Source: Macrostomum lignano
Taxonomy: Eukaryota
Length of the DNA: 64,000 nucleotides
Direction: 5' to 3'
Assembly: GCA_002269645.1 (NCBI GenBank)
Contig: NIVC01000903.1
Coordinates: forward strand, 148,459-212,458
Position numbers and translations under genes: made by a program. The notes beneath the pieces were generated by a model that was not told the origin of the DNA, searched no databases, and saw only the letters and a program-made list of their open reading frames with translations. Shown in pieces: positions 36,850 through 49,312 of this stretch; position 1 is the first letter of the stretch, and each line of letters begins with the position of its first letter.

Positions 36850-39800
36850 TCACACCGCCGGTGAGAGGCCTTCTTTCTGAGCGATTCGGCTGGCGTGGCT
36901 CTGCAGACTGGCGCCCAGCTGGGTCATGACACTGGTCATGGCCTGGTCAATGACCCGGGTGGGCACCCAGCCCTGTTGTGTTAGAAAATGTGGTGAGATG
37001 CTTTTAGAAATTTTCCTTAATTAATTTCAATCCCCAATCCCATAGAAACCTAAATACCATAGAAATCCCATTCCCCAATACCATAGAAATCCCATTCCCC
37101 AATCCCATAGAAATCCCATTCCCTAATACCATAGAAATCCCAATCCCCAATCCCGTAGAAATTCCATTCCACAATCCCATAGAAATTACTTTCCCCAATC
37201 CAATAGAAATCCCATTCCCAAATTTCATAGAAATCCCATTCCCCAATACCATAGAAATCCCAATCCCCAATCCCGTAGAAATTCCATTCCACAATCCCAT
37301 AGAAATTACTTTCCCCAATCCAATAGAAATCCCATTCCCAAATTTCATAGAAATCCCATTCCCCAATACCATAGAAATCCCAATCCCCAATCCCGTAGAA
37401 ATCCCATAGAAATCCCATTCCCCAATACCATAGAAATCCCAATTCCCCAATCCCGTAGAAAGCCCATTCTTCAATCTCATAAAAATCCCACTCCCCAATA
37501 CCATAGAAATCCCAATCCCCAATCCCGTAGAAATCCCATTAAACAATCCCATAAAAATTCCTTTCCCCAATCCAATAGAAATCCCATTCCCAAATTTCAT
37601 AGAAATCCCATTCTCTAATTTTCATAGAAATCCCATTCCCCAATACCATAGAAATCCCATTCTCCAATCGCATAGCAACTCTGTAGAGACCAGCGCACCT
37701 TGATATCCGAGTCGACAATCCACACGAGCTGGCAGGCGCCGGGCCCATCCGGGATGCAGGCAATGCAGCCGGGATGATTCTCCCCCCGGATGTAGCCGTC
37801 CATCTTGGGCATCAGCCCGGTCTCTATGGAGACGCCGCCAGTGTAACGAATGCCGTTCTCTCTGGACCGCCTGACGCACAGAGTGACAAAATCGCGCGCC
37901 TTGATGAGGCCCCCGCCAGCCTCGGCGGTGGCATTGTGCACTATGGCCGTGTCGGAGTCCAGCCGGAGCAGCAGCCGCGAGAACTGCACCGTGGGATTCC
38001 AGTCGGCCTGCCGGTCCACCCGGTCCCAGATTTCGCGGAAAGCTCGATCGGCAGAGATCGGCAGCCGGGTCTCCAGGCGCCAGGCTTTGCCAGACGGGCG
38101 GTGGCGCGAGCGCTGCGACAGGACCCGGACGGGCGGCCGGTCGTGGACGCAGCGCCAGCCAGCATCCTCCAGGGCCTGCCAGGACTCGTCAGCCAGGCGG
38201 GAGGCGCGGAGAGCCAGGCGGTGCCGCTGGAGCGGGTGATAATTGCGGTCATCGGTCATGGTGCTATCGGTCATGGCGTAATTGGCCAGAGGGTGATCGG
38301 TCATAAGGCCATCGGTCATATGGTTATCGGCTATGGGGTCATTGGTCATGGGTAATTCATTGATCATGAGGCTATGGGTCAGGAGGCCGTTGTTCGTGGA
38401 GCCATCGGTCATATGGTCATCGGCTATGGGGTCATTGGTCATGTGGATCATTTATTGGTCATGTGGATCATTGATCATGTAGATCATTGGTCATGTGGAT
38501 CATTGGTCATGTGGATCATTGGTCATGTGGATCATTGGTCATGTAGATCATTGGTCATGTAAATCATTTATTTGTCATGTGGATAATTGGTCATGTAGAT
38601 CATTGGTCATGTAAATCATTTATTGGTCATGTGGATCATTGGTCATGTAGATCATTGGTCATGTAAATCATTTATTGGTCATGTGGATCATTGGTCATGT
38701 GGATCATTGGTAATGTAGATCATTGGTCATGTGAATCATTTATTGGTCATGTGGATCATTGGTCATGTAGATCATTGGTCATGTGGATCATTGGTCATTC
38801 AGATCATCGGTCATGCAGATCATTGGTCATGTAGATCATTGGTCATGTTGATCATTGGTCATGAGGATCATTGGTCATGTGGATCATTTAATGGTCATGT
38901 AGATCATTGGTCATGTAGATCATTGATCATCCAGATAATTGGTCATGTGAATTATTTATTGGTCATGTGAATCATTAATTGGTCACGTGGATCATTGGTC
39001 ATTCAGATCATCGGTCATGCAGATCATTGGTCATGTAGATCATTGGTCATGTTGATCATTGGTCATGAGGATCATTGGTCATGTGGATCATTTAATGGTC
39101 ATGTAGATCATTGGTCATGTAGATCATTGATCATCCAGATAATTGGTCATGTGAATTATTTATTGGTCATGTGAATCATTAATTGGTCACGTGGATCATT
39201 GGTTATGTAGATCATTGGTCATGTAGATCATTGGTCATGTGAATCATTTATTGGTCATGTGAATATTTTATTGGTCATGTGAATTATTTATTGGTCATGT
39301 GGATCATTGGTCATGTAGATCATTGGTCATGTGGATCATTTATTGGTCATGTAGATCATAGGTCATGTGGATCATTGGTCATGTAGATCATTGGTCATGT
39401 AGATCATTGGTCATGTAGATCATTGGTCATGTAGATCATTGGTCATGCGGATCATTTATTGGTCATGTGAATCATTGGTCATGTAGATCATTGGTCATAA
39501 AGATTATTGGTCATGTGAATCATTTTTTTTGTCTTGTGGATCATTGGTGCAAAGAATCACTCCAAACCACAGAGAATCACTCTAAGCTGCAGAGTGTAAG
39601 TGTTCGGTCATAAGCCATCATCGATCATGGAGATTATTCAAGATAAAGATCATTGGCCCTGAAGGGGTCACTGATCATAGGGTCATCGGTCATGGTCTAC
39701 GGTCATGGTCAACGGCCATAGATAGTAGTTAGTTATGGGGTCATGAATTTTTGGGGTCACCAGCCATGGGCTTATCTGAGGCTATACCTAGTAATACTGA

Positions 39801-42800
39801 AGGCCACTGTCATTTCATAACAGCCCCCGATCACGCGAATCGATACTAAATGCATACAGTAGTAAGGCTTGTAAAAAGATTTGCAATAAAATTTCAACTC
39901 TCACTTCCTCGATTGACAGCAGGCTGGAAGCCGCCACCTGGCTGTTGGCTGCCGCACCATCGTCCTCGTTGTCGGAGTCTGCATAAAAGTTTGAGTAAGC
40001 ATTTATAATAATGTAAAATTATAAAAACTGAGGCTTTGAACTTAACGATATTAAAATTTAATATAGGATACATGTAACACCTAGTAGACTACTAAATTTC
40101 TTGGATCGCAACAAAATCTGCGAAAATTTCCGCTGCAAAATTGCTTTTGAGCTCTGAAGTCAGGTTTAGCCACAAAATAGACTTTATGACACTGCGCACT
40201 TATGACACTGCGCGCTTATGACACTGCGCGCTTATGACACTGCGCACTTTTGACACTGCGCATCTATGACACTGCGCGCTTATGAAACTGCGCACTTATG
40301 ACACTGTGCACTTATGACACTGTGCACTTATGACACTGCGCGCTTATGACACTGCGCACTTTTGACACTGCGCATCTATGACACTGCGCGCTTATGAAAC
40401 TGCGCACTTATGACACTGTGCACTTATGACACTGTGCACTTATGACACTGCGCACTTTTGACACTGCGCGCTTGTCACTGCGAGCTTATGACACTGCGCG
40501 CTTATGAAACTGCGCACTTATGACACTGCGCGCTTATGACACTGCGCGCTTATGACACTGCGCGCTTATGACACTGCGCACTTTTGACACTGCGCACCTA
40601 TGACACTGCGCGCTTATGACACTGCGCACTTATGACACTGCGCACCTATGACACTGCGCGCTTATGCCACTGCGCACTCATGACACTGCGCGCTTATGAC
40701 ACTGCGCGCTTATGACACTGCGCGCTTATGACACTGCGCACTTTTGACACTGCGCGCTTATGACACTGCGCACTTTTGACACTGCGCACCTATGACACTG
40801 CGCGCTTATGACACTGCGCGCTTATGACACTGCGCGCTTATGCCACTGCGCGCTTATGACACTGCGCGCTTATGACACTGCGCGCTTATGCCACTGCGCG
40901 CTTATGCCACTGCGCGCTTATGACACTGCGCACTTTTGACACTGCGCACCTATGACACTGCGCGCTTATGACACTGCGCACTTTTGACACTGCGCGCCTA
41001 TGACACTGCGCACTTTTGACACTGCGCGCCTATGACACTGCGCGCTTATGACATTGCGCGCTAATGAACCCACGCACTTACGCAGCGCACTCAGTTAAAA
41101 TTCATGCGGGAAAATCCCAGCCCAAAGACACGAGTTTTAGCAGAGTTCTCTAGGAAACAAATCATAACAAAATCTCACTATTAGGCGACGACTCAGGCGT
41201 AACGAAGCCCTCAGACGGCACAAACGAGTGCCGCAGGCCTCCCCCATAGACATATTCCGCCGTGACAGAAGAGCTCCGGCCGCCACTAAGCAGAGGACTC
41301 CGTTCGTTGAGCTGTTCATCAGCCCGCTCCTTCGGCAGAACTTTGCAGTCTAGCAGGAAGGTTTCAATCCAAACTAAAACCAAACTCATTATTGGCAACA
41401 GATAGTCAAACACGCTGTGACCGTGATCGTACTGGAACAGAGAGATAATTACACAATTCTCCTTAGGCTAAATTTTATTTACTCTTATATAAACATTCAA
41501 TCAAGCACCATGAAAACCTACATCGTAAAGTATGATCTTAACGATTATAAAGGCCGTGGAGAATGCGGTTGTGACCTGAAATTGTTTTTTTGGAACGGTA
41601 AATGAAGTAAAATAATTTAATATACGAACCAGTCTACTAACCAGAGTGAGTGTAAGTAGCGGTCTTGAAACAAAATAAACGATAAAGAAAATGAAGAAAC
41701 TTACGGCAACAACCCATGGACTTTGTAGTCGAAGGGCGGCGTAGAAAACTTCTAACAGGATGAATCTGACGAGGGACACCCCCTGCAAATGGGAATTTTG
41801 TAGATTAATAAACCGGGGCTGTTTGATCCCTGCCTGACAGCCTGAGACGGTCAAGGCCGCTGAGACCCCCCTCGGCAACTTGCCTGGCTACAAGTAATTA
41901 GTCCGATTGGCTGCCTGTTTTCTAGCCTAGCATGCCGCCTCACTCTGACTGGCTGCCTGTTTTCTAGCCTGGCATGCAGCCTCACTCTGACTGGCTGCCT
42001 GTTTTCTAGCCTGGCATGCAGCCTCACTCTGACTGGCTGCCTGTTTTCTGGCCTGGCATGCAGCCTCACTCTGACTGGCTGCCTGTTTTCTAGCCTAGCA
42101 TGCCGCCTCACTCTGACTGGCTGCCTGTTTTCTAGCCTGGCATGCAGCCTCACTCTGACTGGCTGCCTGTTTTCTAGCCTGGCATGCAGCCTCACTCTGA
42201 CTGGCTGCCTGTTTTCTGGCCTGGCATGCAGCCTCACTCTGACTGGCTGCCTGTTTTCTAGCCTAGCATGCCGCCTCACTCTGACTGGCTGCCTGTTTTC
42301 TGGCCTGGCATGCAGCCTCACTTTGACTGGCTGCCTGTTTTCTAGCCTGGCATGCAGCCTCACACTCATTGGCTGCCTGTTTTCTGGCATGGCATGCAGT
42401 CTCACTCTGATTGGCTGCCTGCTTTATACATTTTTATACAATTTCAATTCTCTTAGATGGACGCAATGCAAAAAGCAGACATTTCCAAAAAAAGATGTCT
42501 GAACTTTTGCCTGAAGAATATTGTTTTTGATGTGTTGACGATTCGTCAATATAATTATTGATCAAAACTAGCCAATGATAATAATAATACCTGATTACCC
42601 CTGTCCCAATGGCCCGATGTGCAACCGACAGCTCAGTCGCAGCTATTGCGCGGCGCATCTACCGAGCGTGAAGGCTGCGTACGGCTGTTCAGTCCAAGGA
42701 CTGGGGGGTCGCCACACACACCCTCAATTTTACAGCTGGGTGAACTGAAGCAATGCAGAGTTAAGTGTCTTGCCCAAGGACACAAATTATTCCGAGTGGG

Positions 42801-43198
42801 TCGAGAATCGAACCCCCGACCTTTCAGTTGTGAATGCGACGCTCTAACCTAAGGAATCGACAGTGAATTCTTTTCAAAGATGGGCAATTTTGCATGGAAA
42901 GAAATGGTTGACACTGCTGAGCCTACAACTAGAACTTATCAGTCCAATATTCAATATTAAGCAGCACACTGTAAATATTTGCGCTTACCACTAAATCAAA
43001 GACTGACGATGTAAACTGATAGTGCAACACCTGGTCGCGAATAGCTTTGCCCAAGTCTAAGCCAAGATACTTGGTGTAGAATATCCACAATATGCAGGTG
43101 AAAATCAGGTCGAACAGAACCAGTAGACAGAAGGCCCGGCGTAGTGTGCCGATCTTGCTGTGCCGACCAGAGTCAACAGAGGCGGCTGTGGCCTCCAT
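36850..43198 (-). CDS. STARD3: StAR-related lipid transfer protein 3 (MLN64): MENTAL 4-TM domain plus START domain, 439 aa, 7 coding exons
   Basis: Exons (minus): 43198-42989, 41782-41705, 41575-41522, 41431-41179, 39978-39905, 38226-37699, 36972-36850. All junctions are GT-AG and phase-compatible (0,0,0,1,0,0). Motifs LRRAFCLLVLFDLIF, FDYLLPIMSLVLVWIETFLLDCKVLP, WNPTV, ARDFV, YIRGENHPG, VWIVDSDIKGWVP..VIDQAM parallel human STARD3 as recalled. Confidence 0.95.
37030..37672. repeat. Degenerate ~24-bp intronic repeat (ATCCCATTCCCCAATACCATAGAA)n with ~120-bp higher-order duplication
   Basis: Fills most of the last STARD3 intron. Confidence 0.9.
38240..39545. repeat. 16-bp-core intronic minisatellite (GATCATTGGTCATGT(G/A))n with degenerate flanks
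   Basis: Direct periodicity; starts at the acceptor of the START exon. Confidence 0.93.
40186..41065. repeat. 16-bp intronic minisatellite (TATGACACTGCGC(A/G)CT)n, ~55 units
   Basis: Direct periodicity. Confidence 0.96.
41903..42421. repeat. 42-bp minisatellite (GCAGCCTCACTCTGACTGGCTGCCTGTTTTCTAGCCTGGCAT)n, ~12 units
   Basis: Direct periodicity; homologous to 35221-35737. Confidence 0.95.
42575..42849 (-). mobile_element. tRNA-derived CORE-type SINE, 5'-truncated copy, in STARD3 intron 1
   Basis: Reverse complement matches 51012-51317. Box B GGTTCGATTCT, CORE-like TGTGTCCTTGGGCAAGACACTTAACTC...CAGCTGTAAAAT and a (TAT)n tail are present. Confidence 0.85.
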
Positions 43199-43552
43199 GC
43201 CGGTTGCACTGTTGCTACTAGGGGCGCTGCAAGCAAAAGAAATTAGCAGCAAATTTCAGTTTTAGGCTTGCTTTTTCTGCTGCCCTTTTAGGCATTGGAC
43301 TTACTCTGGCAAAATTTTGTTTATCAGTTGAATAGAATCGCGCCACTAATGCACAGGCGGTGTATTGGGGTGTGCATGCGCGGAGAGAGACTGCGCTGTC
43401 AGTGTGCTAATTAAAACACACGTGTGTTTTTAGTATAATCTTGATAAAATTTACATATAACATATATTAAAACTATCAACTTAAAATTTCAATACGGACG
43501 CTACAACCTCATCTAAGACCAGATGAATTCGGGCCTTAGATGACCAGATAAA

Positions 43553-44360
43553 ATAGAATGCTTATAGAGCAGTCAGAATGCTTGTTGAGCAGTCAGAATG
43601 CTTATAGAGCAGTCAGAATGCTTGTTGAGCAGTCAGAATGCTTGTTGAGCAGTCAAAATGCTTGTTGAGCAGTCGGAATGCTTGTTGAGCAGTCAGAATG
43701 CTTATAGAGCAGTCAGAATGCTTGTTGAGCAGTCAGAATGCTTGTTGAGCAGTCAAAATGCTTGTTGAGCAGTCGGAATGCTTGTTGAGCAGTCAGAATG
43801 CTTATAGAGCAGTCAGAATGCTTGTTGAGCAGTCAAAATGCTTGTTGAGCAGGCAGAATGCTTATTGAGTATACAGAATGCTTGTTGAGCAGTCAGAATG
43901 CTTGTTGAGCAGTCAGAATGCTTGTTGAGCAGTCAAAATGCTTGTTGAGCAGGCAGAATACTTATTGAGTATACAGAATGCTTGTTGAGCAGGCAGAATG
44001 CTTATTGAGTATACAGAATGCTTGTTGAGCAGTCAGAATGCTTGTTGAGCAGTCAGAATGCTTGTTGAGCAGTCAGAATGCTTATAGAGCAGTCAGAATG
44101 CTTGTTGAGCAGTCAGAATGCTTGTTGAGCAGTCAGAATGCTTGTTGAGCAGTCAGAATGCTTGTTGAGCAGTCAAAATGCTTGTTGAGTATACAGAATG
44201 CATATTGAGTATACAGAATGCTTGTTGAGTATACAGAATGCATATTGAGCAGTCGGAATGCTTATTGAGTATTCAGAATGCATATTGAGTAGTCAGAATG
44301 CTTATTGAGTAGTCAGAATGCATATTGAGTAGTCAGAATGCCTAGTAAGTAGCCAGAATG
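43553..44360. repeat. 20-bp minisatellite (CAGAATGCTTGTTGAGCAGT)n, ~40 units
   Basis: Direct periodicity. Confidence 0.96.
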
Positions 44361-47300
44361 CAAACAAGTTATTGAATGAGTTTGTGAACTGCTTGAATTG
44401 CAGTTAAAAATAATGTTTATTAGCACAGCTGATACACAGAAGTTGGTTAGAGATTCACACAGCATAGCAATCGCAGTCAGCATCTGTCTGCAAACTCACT
44501 GCACTTCATCCACAGTAACAGCATTTACAGAAAGACCAGCTGAGCTTGCTGGCAGTTGGAAATCTGTGACAGCTGTTGCACTGGTCTGCATTTTCAATCT
44601 ATATTAAGCTTAATTGACAGGTGGTGGTCACCTGTTCATGACTAATAACCACCAGTGCTGAAAGGAGAGACATCAGATAATTACTAAAGCTGCACACAGC
44701 TTTTGGGTCAGTTCACCTAAAGTAAACAAACAAATATTTTAACTTGCATGCAACAGGAAGCTCCAATAGCACTATAAACAATATGAAACAAGATACACAG
44801 AATTTACTAAGAAGGATACTGTACAGTAAAAAAATATTTCTTATAAATGGGTAAGCAAACTAAAATGATTTATAATAACAATGAGAGGAATATATTCAAT
44901 TTAATTATAAAATTGTGTTTGAAATGTAAAATATGATATTACCTACTATTCTAAATAAGAAAGAGTGTTTATGACATAGATATATAGAATATACACAACC
45001 TCCCTGACTTATACCAGCCATGTGACTTACTTTTTGATCAACAAAGCAGCTTAACTATGAAAAAAACCTAAGCAAAATTAAGGTAACTTTGGGTAAATGG
45101 CAAAGTAACTATATAACTGATTAATACAGCTAAATATCTTATAATCTAATTAGTCTTCTATATTTTTGGGTGGACATTTTTGCAACTTACATTGGCTGGA
45201 CTCCTTGCTAGCTGATAGGATTGGCTAGCTTAGCTGGATATTGTATATATATCAATATATAGATAACATTAAATTGGTTATAATATTATACAAATATATA
45301 CAAACTGCATTTTACTAGATAACTTTATATCAATTGTTTTCATTAATGTTTGACAAATAAAAATCATAAATATTGCTTTATATGGTTTGACAAATATATA
45401 AAGTTTTCATGTTATGTACTAGATATAAGGTAAATCAAATCAATTGAATATTTGGTATGAATTTGATTCTGAAAGCAAGACAACTTATTATACAACAAGT
45501 TATATTTTACAACTTGAATAATAATAAAAGTAGCTTGTATAGATATAAAAGAGAGTAGAGGAAAGCAAAAAAATGATAGGATAATATGAAAAAATAATTG
45601 CCTTCATGCTATATGAAAAGTAAGACTTAACATATAATTCCTACTAAAATTATACACTAAAAAGTAAAGAGAAAGATAGACATATTGGGTTAGAGGCACT
45701 TAGATTGGAAAAAATATATGCTTGCTTCTCTTTATTTCTATATAAAAGAGAAGTAAGGGCTTATAAGGTTATAAGGTTATAAAAATGCATTTTTAATCAT
45801 TGATGCAAGTTGAATAACAGGGGGTGACTATCTGCCCTCCCTTCCTAGGGTCTTTTTGAGGGCCATGGGGATAGTAGGTTGGTCATCTCCCTTGAGGCAA
45901 TGACCTGTGGTCACCCAGGGGCAGCTGCCCCCTCTGCCCCCCTCCCTATATTGCCACTGATTGGGGATCAAGACAATAGAGCTAGCCATAGAGATATATG
46001 CTTTAATGGATTTATAGATATTCATTTTGTTAGCTAAGTCTATATAGATAAAAATTTATACAATAAGTTATTGTGTCTAATGTAGCGGAGCACTCAGTGC
46101 AGTTCAAATAAGAAAAGAAAATAATTGTAACTTAATTTAACTATTAAATTTAGTAATTACTCCAGGTTATTTATTTGATTGTAGTACTTGACAAATAATA
46201 TAACTTATATTAAAGTTACTAGGGCACAGTCTTGGTAATAGTTGAGTTACTAATTCCAGTATATTAAATATAATCTAATGTTTAATTCGGTTTGGGTTGG
46301 CTCTATAGCCTATGGCTATAGGGGAAATAGCCTTGTCTAGTTACTGGTATCACTGGAACACAGCAATGAGGCACAATGAGCGCAAAGAGAGAGAGGAAGA
46401 GCCTACACCAAAAACATGAAACTCCCGCACTCAAAACTGCATCAAAATCTGACCTACTAAAACCTCTAAACCTACTGCAAAAAAGTGGTAACCAAAATAA
46501 TAGAACAGTAAATAAAATATTAGACAGAATTTTTCCTAGAACTTAACGTAAAAAGGCTTTCTTTTTAACCCCATATTAATTATAAAAAATCAATTTAAGT
46601 ATACTAAAAAACAGATAAACTAAAAATATTATAGTATAACAACATTGTCACACTAATACTCCTGGGATTAGTTAAATAAGTTCTTTTTTTCTTTTCTTGG
46701 TTGGATCTAAAATCTGACCCAATTTGACCATTGCTTAGCAAGAAAATTTCATTGTAGTTTTTTTAATATTTAGGGCCAGCCAGCTATAGTTGGCCCAAAT
46801 AATATTTATTGTATAAAAAGTTTTCTATATTTATAAAAATAACCAATAGGCCATATAGAAAGTTTAGTACCTAATAAAAAACTTTATCACAAACTTCTTA
46901 TAATGTTTTTAAATTAGGGCCAATTAAAATTTGTTAAATTAAACATTTTACTTTTTAGTTGTTGGCAATGTATATTATCTTACAATGATGAATTATATGA
47001 TCAACTCCTGTATTAACCACCACCCACAGTAAATGCATTATAGCAGTAAAAACATACTATAAATGAAGCAGTATAGGAGTAGTAGGGCTGTCTAAATTCC
47101 GAAAGAGAATAAAAACTCAATAAAAATCAATAAAAATATAATAATACTAACATTAACAACAACGAAAAATCAATCACATAAATACATAAAACATTTCATC
47201 TCAACTCAATCTCGACGTTTATGATATGTCAAATTTGATGTAATGTAAAATTGTAAATTTTAGCGTTTGGTATTTATTTACTATTACATTACATAAATTT

Positions 47301-49298
47301 TACTTTTTTGGTCAAAGTTAAACTTACGCGATATTTATTTACAAAATCTTAATATAGCTTAACAAAGTGTTTCGTAAAATTTATGCTATTATTAAGTAAA
47401 AAACATTAAGTATATTTTAGTAAAGTATTTCTGTTAACAAAGCAGTTATAAGTATATTATTTAGTCTAGAAACAATGTTTAGTCTTGTTACTTATGAGTT
47501 CTTTAATTTAATCTGGGCTGTAATCATTTTTTATCTTATATATGTAACGTTTTCTTAGTGTTAGTTCTCTTTTGTTTGTAGACATTTTAGTTCAGTGAAG
47601 TTAGTGCCTAGCAAAGCAGTTAAATATTCGAAACGATTCATAATTTTGTACTGAAGTTCAATGAGTGCAACCTGAGCTACTAAATGCTGATATTCAATTT
47701 CTGAATGAAGTCAAACGATAGACTTATTTATAAGACATTAGTGTATCTTCAGTATTTCACAGTCAAATAAATCACTTTGAGTATGTATCAATAATATTCA
47801 GATCATTTTAGTATCAAAAGCTAATAATGATGATAGTGATAATGATAAACCTTGCCCATGGGATTTTAGTCATTTCTTTGTTATTGAAAATAAGTGGAAT
47901 AGCTTTTTATAAGTGAAATAGTGAATGGTTATGTCAGCTGAAACTTTTTCTGTGTAATTACTATATAATCTTTAAGAAAAGGTTTTATTGTTGTATGCAA
48001 GAATGTAGTATTTACTTGTCTCTGGTTGTTTTTAGTTGATTTTTAATTGTTTTTTTATTGTTCCATTTAGCATAAGAATATTTACAAGCTACAGTGGCAC
48101 ACCCAGAATTTCTTGGTGAGGTGGCGGTTTGTTGTTGAGAGAAATATTGCACTGGCAAGGGCGGGCAGGCCCCTGAATTTTCGTGCCCAAGCCTCTCAAA
48201 AATATTCAATGCCCCTTGGATATGCCTAGAATGTTTGAATTATTGAATAACTAAACATATAATCAACTAATTGTTTTAGTATCTATATTTTCGTCATTCA
48301 TAAGGACAGAAACAACAAGTCAATTTATTAATGCATTGAAATTTTTGAAGTAATAAGCTGCTTAGTTGAGTGAAATACGGATGGTTATATTTTTCTCCAT
48401 TTTTTGCCATTTTTCTTCTATACAAATCTGATATGATATGCAAATTATGAATTAATGTCAATATGGTTACAGCTCTTTTGTTAAAATTTTATCATGGAAT
48501 TTAGCTGTATTATATGACAATATAAGTTGGTTGCCTTAAAAAATATATTTATTTGAGTTGATTTAGAAATTAGAATTTGTGTAATGCAATTTAAACCAAG
48601 TAATTTTTGTTAAAAATACCACTGCTGCAATAATTCGAACAGTTAGATAGTTTATTATTCGCGTGACTTAACATAACCTGATATGTTTTGTTTGTTTCAG
48701 TAAATTCCTCTAATAAGCAAAATAAAATTGCTATGCAACTGTATCAAATCAAAGCTGCCTAAAGATTTGCACAATTTTAATAGCTTGTAGTGCTAAGCAT
48801 GATCATATTAAAGTATGTCTTTGTCTTCTCAATTGTACAGTCATCACTGTTGCCCAACTTCAAGGCTTGAGCATGCCTCAGTCTCAACTTGCACTTTTCC
48901 CATGTTCATATTTTTCATACCCCGAGTACAGTTTTGTCTCTTTCCCGATTCCCAATTATCCAAAATCCCCTGCTGCTCCGGAGACTGCAGCGCTGCTGAA
49001 GGGAACGGGGATTATAATTGTTCCACTTTCGCTGCTCAGGCCTCCTTTTCTGTTCTGACTCCATTGTGCCAGTCACATAATTGTGCGCATAGCGGAGCGG
49101 GATGGAGGGGTAAGTGCAATCAGAGCCGACAAAAAAGAGACCTCCCCTATTTGGGCTGTCTTCCTGCCTCAAACCAGTCGCTAAGTGGACCTTGTTAATT
49201 ACGAACCACCCCATCCTCAATCCTTTGTTTCATGCTTCGGCACTTCTGCTGCAGCCAACCGGAGTTCTCCCTCTACTACAGCGCCCTCCAACCCACCG

Positions 49299-49312
49299 GT
49301 TGTCATGGAAAC
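49299..49312. promoter_or_regulatory. RFX X-box GTTGTCATGGAAAC overlapping the CCDC142 start codon
   Basis: Exact match to the consensus GTHNYYATRRNAAC; function untested. Confidence 0.45.

Noticed and set aside
38227-38451. N-terminal extension MIHMTNDPIADDH... of the START ORF
   Set aside because: This is the degenerate edge of the intronic satellite; the CAG acceptor at 38228-38227 joins in phase to the upstream exon.
47700-47830. Decayed integrase-like LNIIDTYSK motif on the minus strand
   Set aside because: Too short, multiple stops, and no second catalytic motif found.
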